Shown: positions 1-9,549, counted from the stretch's first letter. The stretch: DNA of 9,549 nucleotides from Azolla caroliniana (GCA_043228905.1 JBHGNT010001353.1:1-9549), one strand, 5' to 3'. Numbers and translations are program-made. The notes: generated by a model from the sequence alone, not told the origin.

Positions 1-3000
1 ATGAGCTTGTGTGGCTGTATTCTTCAACAAATTTTCCCGATGTCCCTTGAGCTCTAGCAAGAAAAGTCCTAGGCATCGTTGGTCCTCATATTCCATTACC
101 TTGTAGTGGGCCAAAGCCTTGTTTAAAGAGGCAATGGTATCTCCCTCTGATTTCATAAAAGACACTACAATGACAAACATAGTGTTCCTCAGATTCCACT
201 CCTTGATGACACAATTGGCAAATTCTCTCTTCTAGAGGTAGTCGTGTATATCTGCCTACCTCAATCTGTAGCCGATGTGATGAAGTTCTTAGCTGCCCTA
301 TCATACTACGCAACGCATAGGATAGATGTCCATATAAGGTGGCCTGATGACGAATCCATCCTCCGATGTATGTAAGAAGTGTGTGTTATAGTGGGCTATC
401 TTTGTACCAAGTGGTATTTTGGGGCTGATCCATGTTATCTTGTTTTCCAAGTTAATAATATCAGTTCGGATCACTCTATTATTTTCCACTTTGGTCATAT
501 TTAGATGGGGACATTCCAAGATATATTGGAACGGCGGTAGTGCATTTATACTCATACCATGCGACTCGAACCATTGCTGCATTTCAGCATACCAACAATG
601 AGTGTCTCCATTTTCAGCCAATTGTCTTGATGACATAAGAGCCAACCTTGGGTACCTTCGTTTAGGGACCTCCCAAAGACATTGGATAAATGTCATTGAT
701 CGGAACAATGCCTCGGTTATTATAGGTGCTGCTCCCATCTCTGCCCGGATTATATCGTGGGGCACCGATGCTTTGCTCCTTATCATGCGAGCAATCATTG
801 ACACTAAAGGTCTCTCTAAATCTTTCCAATGATTTGCCTTGTTAAGACTCGATCCCCATCTTTCTGCTCCATAGAGAAGAGTTGGTGTGACAAGTGTATC
901 AAATAACCATAGCTTAGTCCATGGCTCTTGGAACTGCAAATGTGCACATTGTCTCTCGAGAGCACCAAGGGCTGCATATCCACGAGAAAGTTGGGCACAA
1001 GCAACCTCCTGGAAAGAGAACCTAGGTCCTGTAAATGTTACTCCTAGGTATGTGTAGGAGCGTGTATTCCACCTTTTCCTCTCCCAAGAAGAATTCTGGT
1101 TCTGATCTTGTTACCCATGCTTGAGTGGTGTTAAACACCATCATTTTAGTTTTGTCCATGTTGATTGACAAACCTTTGTCCGTACAAAATAGTTTTAAGG
1201 CATTTAGTTGTCTTTGTAGTCCCTCCAGAGAGTCAGAAATCAGCACAATGTCATCAGCATATAGTAATATTTGTATAGCTATACCTGCTAGGCGTGCTCC
1301 GGAACCCCCGAATCTCTCTATGTAATGCGATACCTCATCTATATAGAGACCGAAGAGAGTGGGGGATAGTGAGCATCCTTGCTTCACTCCAATTGTGCTA
1401 GCCACCGCCTCTAACAAGCCCTTGGGAGACCACACTTTTCCTAGCACGGATTCATAGAGTGCATAGACTCCCCATTGCATATATGTAGGAACACCACGGG
1501 CTTCTATTTGCTGCATAAACCGAGCATGTGGCACAGTGTCAACGGCTTTTCGGAAATCCACAAAGTAGCAATAAATCCTCTTATTGTGGGCTCTGCCCTC
1601 CTCAATAAGGGCCCGGAGGGTGAATATGTGATCCAAGGTTGTGAACCCCTTACGAAAGCCTACCTATCCAACTAAACGGCAACCATTCTGCTCTGCCCAT
1701 ATATTCAATTCTGATTCTAGAATCGACCTATATAGTTTAGCCAAGTAATGGCCAATCATGATTGTCCTATAGTTGCTTGGCATCATGGGGTCTCCACTTT
1801 TGAGGATTGGCACAATGGTATGCTGAGTTCATCTAGTAGGGAAACCTTCACACATGGCTCTATTAAAGATGTGTGCTAGCAATGGAAGCAAGGTGTCGCG
1901 GGCATAGATAAAGTGCTCACCCACCAATCCATCATGATCTTGGGCCTTCCCAAATTGTAGCCGATCAATGGCATTTCTTACATTTTGTGGTGTAAAGAAG
2001 GTTGATTAATGTGGGCGTGAGGCATTCGGGTGGGGAAGAGGAGGTTGCCCTGGGATATCATATAGAACCTTTGCATATTCATGCCACACCTGAGGTGAGG
2101 TCAGTTGTGTGGTGGGTTGCCTCTCAAACATTTTCCATGCTCTTTTACTCTCTTGTCCTAGGAACAAGCGATACAAATGATCTTCAAATTTAGCCAAATA
2201 CAAATCTCTTCTTCTTCCTTACGAGGCGTTGGAAGGTTTCTCTTGCTTGGTTGTGTGTATAAATGCCCCGAGTTACATCACGTTGCAAGCATCTCCTTGT
2301 ATCACGACATTCCTCATCATACCAACTATTTTGTATTACTCTACCAAGTTTAGGGGGATTGGCTGTTGTGTGAGGAAAGGCATTTGTGGCTGCTTTATGC
2401 AATGCTCCTTGGGTAAGTTCTTCAAGGGGTGTGAAAGGATCTAAATCTAGCATGCCATTGTACACACCACAACTATACACATCAATTGTCTCGCAAGTAA
2501 ATAGATACTTAGCTAGCCCACTCTCCTTAGCATATACATCCTTTGTGCATCCATCCTTTACCTCGAAGCGTAGATATGCATGATCTGTTGCCAAGCCAAT
2601 AGGTCTACCCAATATAGTGAACACTTTTATTTCAGGTATAAGAGATGGAGATCCCATTAGATAGTCAATTGTGCTTGCACCCCCTTTTGGGTTCCAACAT
2701 GGTAAAGCATCTGATCCAGGCCATTGTGACAAGCCATTATATATCACAAATCCATGTGCACTTCCCAAGGCTAGAATGTGTTTTCCATTTTCACTTATAT
2801 CTTGAGCTTGTCGCTTTAGACCAACCTCTTCTGCCATAACTTCTCCATAAACAGCCTCGTTGGTGTTAAACATACTTGTTTGTTCATCCTTGGTTCGTGC
2901 ATTAAAATCTCCTAATAGTATAATGTCCCCCATAGTAGCAAATCTTATGATATCATCATATAGAGGTAGATATGGTGATTCACCTAGAGGTGCAAACCTT

Positions 3001-3361
3001 GAGTAAGCAAGTGGAAAGTAGCAAATTGCAATATATAACTCCCTAAGATCCCCTCTTTTTATTCGTATCCACATGTAGCGTGCATCTACATCCTTATGGA
3101 CAACATGCACTCTATCATGGAACTCCTTTTTGTATAGCACAGCCACTCCTCCCGAACCTATAGTGCTTCCTCGTGTCCGGGGCGACATATTGACTCCCAT
3201 CTATATCCTTGTACCTTGGGGAGTTTGCTAGCCATGCATAGGTGAGTCTCTGTATACATAGCAATATCTGTGTTTTTCAATGTCGCTTCAAAATATCCGA
3301 CATTTGTCCGTAGAGAGCCGTTGCAATTCCATATGGTCATGCGTAGGGTCTCATAGGCCAT
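1..3361 (-). pseudogene. LINE ORF2 (APE endonuclease - reverse transcriptase - CCHC), disrupted, continues off window
   Basis: ATG at 3361. APE motifs IWNCNG, TETH, GGVAV, GDFNAR, STIDY, TDH. RT motifs NYRTI, *VGFRKG, FVDFRKAVDTV, GVKQGCSLSPTLF, YADD (1261-1250), YTYLGV. Frameshifts near 3180, 2200, 1062, 323 and 103; in-frame stops at 2008-2006, 1831-1829 and 1666-1664. Confidence 0.95.
167..220 (-). other. C-terminal CCHC zinc finger of LINE ORF2 (C-x2-C-x8-H-x4-C)
   Basis: CQLCHQGVESEEHYVCHC, preceded by LRTSSHRLQIEVGRY. Confidence 0.9.
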
Positions 3362-3367
3362 ATTCCA

Positions 3368-4424
3368 TCATGCAGTTCTCTTCTCTGTAATAATGACCTT
3401 GCCATCTCTATATACGGCCCATTTTCCTTCTTTTCTTGCATCAAGCACTTGTGGCATGTTTTCTTTGCGGTGTGCCACTTGGGCTGGAGTGAGATCCTCA
3501 TCTAAGTATATTTTTTCACCCTTGAGTGCCTTTCTTTTAGAGAGGAAAGCTTTTTTCTTGTCAATATCCATGAAGCGGATGATAAGGGCTTTAGCTCTAG
3601 ACTCATCTCTTCCCACCCTCCACGCCGAAGGAAATGGAATATTTGATGCTCCAATCTTTGTTCCGAGATTCTTAGCATCTTCTTGTGGACTTCCTTTTTT
3701 GGCCCAACCAACCACTCATACATGCAACGCACGAGCTTTCCTCTTGGCTTCTTCTTCTAATGTAGCATTCATCATTGCCGTCCTTTTTGCTTTTCCACTA
3801 CCTCTATCCAAGAAACATTTGCTTTAATTTCGTTTTGGGCGTGCTCAGCTTGAGCTTTGGCATCTTTGGCCATGTCTGACCATGTTTGCATTTCCTTAGT
3901 GACATTGGCTTTCACTGTAGAGATGCATCTTTCCACTGCTTCTTGTCCTTTTTCTAAATCCACTTTTATAGCTCCTAACTCAACCTTACTTGAGGATATT
4001 TCATCCTTAAGGATTGTGTCATGTCATCCTTGAGCTCTAAGTGTGATTTCTTCACATGGCTTATTATGTCTTTCCACATCTCTTCTAATAACTCAGTCTT
4101 GAGAGAGGCATACAACTCTGTTTTCTGTTTCTCTATCTCTTTTTTCATTTCTTCTTTTAGTGCTATTTCTATGTCCTCTCTAATAAGATTGATCTCTTGT
4201 GCAATCATTTGGCGTAATAGATCATGTTTCCCATTTTCGACATCAAATGGAATGTCGAATGGGGCTTGCGTTCTGGGTGCCTTGGGCACCCTTCTAACGC
4301 TATTTGGGGTGCTTCCATCCCGTCCTTTTCGTCTATGGTATCTTCTTCGGGTCTTCCATGGATCTGGACCCTCATCGTGCGTGTTAAGGTCCATCTTTTC
4401 AGTTTCTGTCCATTCAGACTCCAT
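3368..4424 (-). pseudogene. LINE ORF1 (basic N-terminus, coiled coil, RRM/CTD-like C-terminal region), disrupted
   Basis: ATG at 4424. Basic patch RRRYHRRKGR, then an E/K/L-rich helical region. Frameshifts near 4015 and 3785 and an in-frame TGA at 3718-3716 (ARALHV*VVGW). The C-terminal AWRVGR..KALIIRF..LKGEKIYLDEDLT..ARKEGKWAVYRDGKVII resembles Transposase_22/L1-type ORF1 RRM-CTD. Stop TGA at 3370-3368. Confidence 0.85.
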
Positions 4425-4505
4425 GGTGTCTTAGGACAGCAGGTACAGGGTATGAAATGTTGAGAGCAAAGGGAACAATATAGATTCCAAGAATTTCTAC
4501 TGGGC

Positions 4506-4600
4506 AGAAAACACAGAGGGACAGATTTAGAAAATGCAGGGAATCAGATTTGGAAGAAAACACAGAGGATCAAGCATTGCAAAAAACGCAGAGAAACAAG
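4506..4600. repeat. Degenerate tandem array of ~23-26 bp units (3-4 copies) in the putative LINE 5' leader
   Basis: AGAAAACACAGAGGGACAGATTT (4506-4528), AGAAAATGCAGGGAATCAGATTT (4529-4551), AGAAAACACAGAGGATCAAGCATT (4555-4578), and a weaker AAAAAACGCAGAGAAACAAG (4581-4600). The 14-mer AGAAAACACAGAGG is exact at 4506 and 4555. Confidence 0.7.
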
Positions 4601-5115
4601 TAACCCAAATACATTTTTAATGATAATTAGTTCTCCCAATGTGATATTAAAGGAGAAAGCAATACCATAGGCAAGGTTAACAGGCTCGTTATAGGATTAC
4701 AAAAATGATATTTCTGAGGAGGCCAAAATGGCTATCAGAACCAAACCCAAAATGTTATGATCATGCATGATGATGGCATGTGATATCTCCTAATACAAAA
4801 ATGCAAGGTGTGGAGTGAAAAGGGGCCTGACATATTCTATTTAGAGAGAGATTGACAATTCCTACCAATGGCTCTACAAGATACTTGGCCCCATTTAGTG
4901 CCCATATGGCTCAATTGTATTTGCCGAATGAACCAAATGAGCAAATCTCATCTTATCCTAAACACCTCTATACACTGGTTGCAATTTCTCACTTCCAAGT
5001 ACACTAGATAAGAAAATTTGGCATTAGTTTTTGACTTTTCTAATTCATGCTTCAAGAGCATCAAAGCATCTTAGTGCAATACTTTAGCATTAAATGGGAT
5101 AATTACGAACGTTAC

Positions 5116-5231
5116 CAGGCCATCAGTGTTGTTAAAGTAGTGTCTCCATAGAGGCCTCAACTTTTCCTGGCCACCTACATCCCAAACAGTGAAAACCACA
5201 TTCTTGTATTGCACTTTTTCCACATTGAAAC
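5116..5231 (-). CDS. ARFB1: ARFB1-like coding exon 3: (G)[38 protein letters not shown]
   Basis: Acceptor TTATTGCAG (AG at 5233-5232) and donor GTAACG (5115-5110). 116 nt, completes the split Gly codon in frame. Contains the G3 motif WDVGGQ and switch [10 protein letters not shown]. Confidence 0.97.
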
Positions 5232-5890
<659 letters not shown>

Positions 5891-6792
5891 CTAAAATAGA
5901 TTATTAATTCATTTCTGCAGTTAGTTTAGAGTTCAACATACAGAAATCAGCAAACTCTATGTGTTTTCCTTTCAATGCTTTGGTTAAGGTTTGAAAGAAG
6001 GGAAAGGTTTTCACCATAGAGAATGCTTTAGATTGTAAGGTAAGTAACACCTTGCAAATTAATAACTGATTCTGAAGTTTATTTAAGAGTTCAGCATAAG
6101 AGACATCTCTTGCATTTCTCCAAAGCATTATTTAAGATGAAAAGAAGATAGAGGGAGTTTTATGGCATCAAAAGTGCCAGATTTATAAGGAAACATCAAC
6201 GTGAAGATAGAAACTCTTACATTTCTTTTAAAAAAGTGTGGATGAAGATTAAAATTATTTCAAAATACTATATTTTAATATTTTCCCCATCCAGATACAC
6301 AAAAGGATACAAGAATTTTATGCAAAACTACGTTTTGTTTTAAAAACTGAGTGCAGATTAGCATCATTTCTGTATAAACAAAGCAAGATGTTGATCCCCA
6401 ACATGAAAACGTGAAAAATCTCCATGAAAGAAATGCAAAGTTTCTCAGAAAAACTGTACATTATTTCTTTTAAAAAAATGCTACAAGAATTGGCAAACAA
6501 ATGTTAAGTTTCTCTACAACATGTCAAATCTTTACAAATTTGATGTGAATCTTCCCCCTGAAAAAATCCACATCTGTGGAAAGATCTGACGGATCAGATT
6601 AAAGTTCATCGACTTCATCTCAATCAGGAATAAACAAATAAACAGCAACATAATTGACAAAGAGCCAAAGAAACAGTTTTGTTCTTAACAAGCTCTTTGA
6701 AGCAAGGCAGAATCGAGTATTTACAACTGTTTGTCTTCGGAAATTTTCATAAGGCGAGAAAAGGAAAGAAAGAGAGGAAAGAATCGATTTAC
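5891..6792 (-). other. ARF intron 1 (902 nt, GT-AG, phase 0)
   Basis: Bounded by canonical GT/AG between in-frame exons 1 and 2; AT-rich. Confidence 0.93.
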
Positions 6793-6849
6793 CCGCATTT
6801 CCTTGTTGCCGAAAATGTTGTCGAAAAGCTTGCGAAATGTCTGTCCCAT
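6793..6849 (-). CDS. ARFB1: ADP-ribosylation factor (ARFB1-like), coding exon 1: MGQTFRKLFDNIFGNKEMR
   Basis: Manual translation of the reverse complement. ATG at 6849-6847, 19 codons, followed by donor GTAAAT (6792-6787), phase 0. Gly2 and an amphipathic N-terminal helix are typical of ARFs. The sequence resembles plant ARFB N-termini (MGQ.FRKLFD.FFGN.EMR). Confidence 0.95.
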
Positions 6850-7049
6850 CAGAGAGAGAGAGACAACTGTCAGCAGCAGAAGAAGAAGAAGAAGAAACCA
6901 AAGGAAGAAAGAAAGACGGCGAAGAATCGGCGAGTCTCTGACGGGGAGGAGGAGGAATTTCGCGGTAATCGAAAGGAATCCTTCTTCTTCTTTTTCTTAT
7001 GAGACCTCCCCCCGCGCGGGACTGCTACAGCTGCTGCGTCAAGTGTAGG
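6850..7049 (-). promoter_or_regulatory. Probable ARF 5' UTR (CT/CTT-rich leader); upstream limit uncertain
   Basis: Pyrimidine-rich on the minus strand, with (CT)6 just before the ATG and (TTC)6. No upstream ATG seen in this interval. Typical of plant 5' UTRs. Confidence 0.6.
6851..6896. repeat. Compound microsatellite (AG)6, (CAG)3, (GAA)6
   Basis: (AG)6A at 6851-6863, (CAG)3 at 6871-6879, (GAA)6 at 6879-6896. Confidence 0.9.
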
Positions 7050-7110
7050 CTAAAAAAACAAAATACAGAAAAACAAAAATAAAAACAAAAGAAAAACAAA
7101 CGATGACAAC

Positions 7111-7134
7111 GATGATGATGATGATGGATAAAGA

Positions 7135-7163
<29 letters not shown>
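7111..7163. repeat. (GAT)n microsatellites
   Basis: (GAT)5 at 7111-7125 and (GAT)9 at 7137-7163, next to an A-rich tract at 7052-7100. Confidence 0.95.
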
Positions 7164-7165
<2 letters not shown>

Positions 7166-7507
7166 AACTCTGTATTACAGATCAAAAAATCTGTCTGTAT
7201 ATGTCTGTGTGTATCTTCTCGTCCGTTTGTCCGTCCGCCCGCCCATCTCTTTGTCCGCCTGGGGCAGTCTTGCCCCGTGTGCCGGTCCCCTCGCTTGCCC
7301 ACAAAATTGACCCATCCTCCTTCATGCCCCAGGAAGCCCTCATTGCTTGCGCCATCCAATGCTTTCGCCCCGCAAAAGCACAAAAAAGGACAAACGCAAA
7401 AACCACTGAACAGGAACCTTGCAACCGAGATTATCCGCACGAAACTCTCGCGTCCATTTCCCTTCATCTCGCCTTGTTACCCATTTCTGATCCATCATAT
7501 TGCATGT

Positions 7508-7611
7508 TGTGTATGCATATGCGTGTGGGGGGGTTGGGTGTGTGTGCGTGCCTATGTGCCTACGTGTCTGTGCGTGTGCGTGTGTGTGTATGTGTGCATG
7601 TGCATGTGTGT
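7508..7611. repeat. Imperfect (TG/CG/CA)n dinucleotide tract
   Basis: TG-dominated low-complexity sequence with unbroken pyrimidine-purine alternation at 7569-7611 and 7508-7527. Confidence 0.9.
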
Positions 7612-9156
7612 CGCAACCTTGAATGAAGTTGTTGTTGTTTGAGGTCTCCAACAACATTGTGAGAGCACCGACTGATTAGTTTTTCCCACTTTATCACCTA
7701 CCCAAACATATAACTAATACGTTTAAGTACTCATCCAATGAGGTGCCCTATAGTTTACGAGTGGGATCGTGCAATATAATTGGCTCTTGTCAGTGTCATT
7801 GATATCGCATTGTTTCAGCATTCCAAAGTTGATGGTGTTCTTCTATAGTGGGTTACAAGTGACAAACATTATGTTAACATCACATGGTTTCATAGTGAAG
7901 TGTACCTTAACCCAACTCACTCTTGAACATCATAACGTCCATTTATCACTACATTTTTTGTTCTTTTCACCAACTGAATGTTAGTCCAATGAGGTCTTAT
8001 AATCACCCACAAAATCTCGCGTTATCCATGGAAGTCGCCAATAAGTCAATTGTCATGTTTGTAAGCTCAAGTCACTTCATAAAACAAACAAAAATCACAA
8101 ATCTAGTTATTATCTACTGAGGTACATGCCTCATAAAAATAATTATATCAAATTTCATGTGTTAGTGAAATATTGAATGAAAATTTTAAGTTGTGAGTTG
8201 AGTGGGCTTGTTATGTGGCATCCTTTATAGTACAACAATAGTTCATTTAATCGTCATCAAATGAGTCATTGTCTAATTAATTTCTAACATGGGCAAAATA
8301 ACAATCTTAATCATACAATTTTGACCACCAATGAAAACATCTTTCAAAATGAAGATATCTAAAAGCAAAGTAAAGCTTCATAAAAAAAACGGGGAATGTG
8401 ACCTTCATGTAAAACTGTGCTCATATGAACTTGTGCGGTGTTGTTTGATGACTATCCTTCATAAAAAATCATCCGGGAATAAGATGTATGTGGATTTTGA
8501 ACTTTAATGAAGAGTATCGTTTATAATGGCATAAATTGTGGAGAGTACCGATGAGTAGAATACTTGTATCACACTTTCTAATTTGTGTAGTATCACTCAT
8601 GAACTATATGCATCTCTTGAGTCTTAAAACATAATACGAAATACTTAGAGGCTTTTGCACTTATTGCTTATCATGTTTCTCTATTTCTGATACTCCACTC
8701 GAAATCTAGATTCCATAAGGTCATTTGCTATTCAACATTACATGATACATCGCATATTTGTAATTAACTATCCTTGCAATGATGCCATATTGCATGAGAA
8801 GAACACCTTAAGAAAATGGTATAAGTATTGGTTCTGTGTACCTTGTTTATGTTGAAGGCATACCTCGATTTTATATCATTTATCACCCCATACAACAAAA
8901 TAGTTTGAAGTCATTAACATGTGTGGTTTTGCTTTATCATGTGCACATTATTTGTAGTTATTTATTCTCAATACGATGTTTGTATAGTTACTTTGATGGC
9001 TTGAGGTCCCTATAATTTATTTATGTGGATCATCATCTAGTACTAGGCTAGTTTGAATACCTGACATAGTACGTAAAATTCTTGTTCATCTAGCATAACA
9101 TTCGTTTTCCTACGTTCGAAAACGAATGCAAATGTTATTCAAACATTCTTGTGTTT

Positions 9157-9170
9157 CCCCCCCCCCCCCC
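9157..9170. repeat. Poly-C homopolymer (C14)
   Basis: Direct reading; embedded in AT-rich sequence. Confidence 0.9.
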
Positions 9171-9549
9171 ATTCTTTTAATGTTTTTTTTTCATTTTTAA
9201 GCTTATTTACCTCATAATAAATAGTTAATCCAAAACTATGGTATTTATCATTCTTTAAGGGTGTTTTTCTTACGCGAATGCACGTATGGTACGTATGGTT
9301 CATACTATGCCTGACATACAAGAGAATGATGTATTTGGCATGTATAATATCTAAAATCAATGGCTTTAGCAAGATTATGAAAAAATGTTACAACTAGAGT
9401 AGATTTAGATAGATTTGATTAGACTAGATATTTTTAGTGTCCATAGAGAACCCACTATTAACCCAAGAGACCTAAGTACACAAAGTTGTATTTATGTATC
9501 TCCTATCTAAGAAGGGATGTTCATAGATTTGAAGCGCAAGGTCTTGATG

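Larger units (their letters stand above)
1..4600 (-). mobile_element. Decayed near-full-length non-LTR retrotransposon (LINE; APE-RT-CCHC, RTE-X-like by inference); 3' end outside window, 5' boundary approximate
   Basis: Colinear ORF1 and ORF2 fragments with endonuclease, RT and zinc-finger motifs. No integrase or protease motifs and no LTR were seen. Confidence 0.95.
1..5115 (-). other. Probable ARF intron 3 (>5.1 kb, runs off the window), containing the LINE
   Basis: Donor GTAACG at 5115. I could not find the expected next exon (IYVVDS..DRER-like) between 5115 and the LINE, and the rest of the window is LINE sequence. Confidence 0.7.

Noticed and set aside
1022-1636. RT as a bacterial retron, group II intron, DGR or defence RT
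   Set aside because: It is flanked by an APE endonuclease, a LINE ORF1 and a CCHC finger, and the neighbouring gene has spliceosomal introns. This is a eukaryotic LINE.
419-4463. Plus-strand ORFs overlapping the LINE (e.g. 3393-3827, 4021-4434)
   Set aside because: Antisense shadows of the LINE reading frames with no recognisable motifs.
4506-4600. CRISPR-like array
   Set aside because: Units are adjacent and degenerate with no unique spacers, there are no cas genes, and the context is eukaryotic.
4600-5110. LINE target-site duplication and exact 5' end
   Set aside because: The 3' end is outside the window, so no TSD can be matched and the boundary cannot be fixed.
6567-6599. Two adjacent 6-bp-arm palindromes in intron 1 (TCCACA/TGTGGA, ATCTGA/TCAGAT)
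   Set aside because: Too short to distinguish from chance, and no supporting snoRNA or miRNA features were seen.
6620-7657. Many overlapping ORFs with poly-M, poly-H, poly-K, poly-S or VC repeats
   Set aside because: Translations of microsatellites and low-complexity leader sequence. The real coding segment here is the 57-nt ARF exon 1.
7734-7995. 11-bp direct repeat TCCAATGAGGT (7734-7744 and 7985-7995) as a target-site duplication
   Set aside because: No terminal inverted repeats inside it, and an 11-mer match is expected by chance in a window of this size.
7640-9549. Coding gene or identifiable transposon in the distal AT-rich region
   Set aside because: Only short motif-less ORFs and no convincing terminal repeats. 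Old repeat relics are possible but cannot be supported without a search.

Overview
Eukaryotic genomic DNA, most likely a land plant (a bryophyte-like host is my inference). Two main things lie on the minus strand. (1) The 5' half of a spliced ADP-ribosylation factor gene of the plant ARFB1 type, which the ORF track misses. Three coding exons (6849-6793, 5890-5800, 5231-5116) join in frame via GT-AG introns to give the first 88 aa: MGQTFRKLFDNIFGNKEMR|[31 protein letters not shown]|[38 protein letters not shown]. (2) Downstream of the exon 3 donor, in the same orientation, a nearly full-length but decayed non-LTR retrotransposon (LINE, probably RTE-X-like) from about 4600 to beyond position 1. 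It has a repeat-containing 5' leader, ORF1 (coiled coil plus RRM/CTD-like) and ORF2 (APE endonuclease, reverse transcriptase, CCHC finger), broken by about 7 frameshifts and 4 in-frame stops. The next ARF exon is not in the window, so the LINE most likely sits in a >5 kb intron 3. Upstream of the ARF ATG are a microsatellite-rich leader/promoter, a 43-nt alternating purine-pyrimidine tract and AT-rich intergenic DNA. I see no convincing evidence of a wholly new biological system. The best leads are the sense-oriented intronic LINE, its leader repeats and its cryptic splice acceptors.
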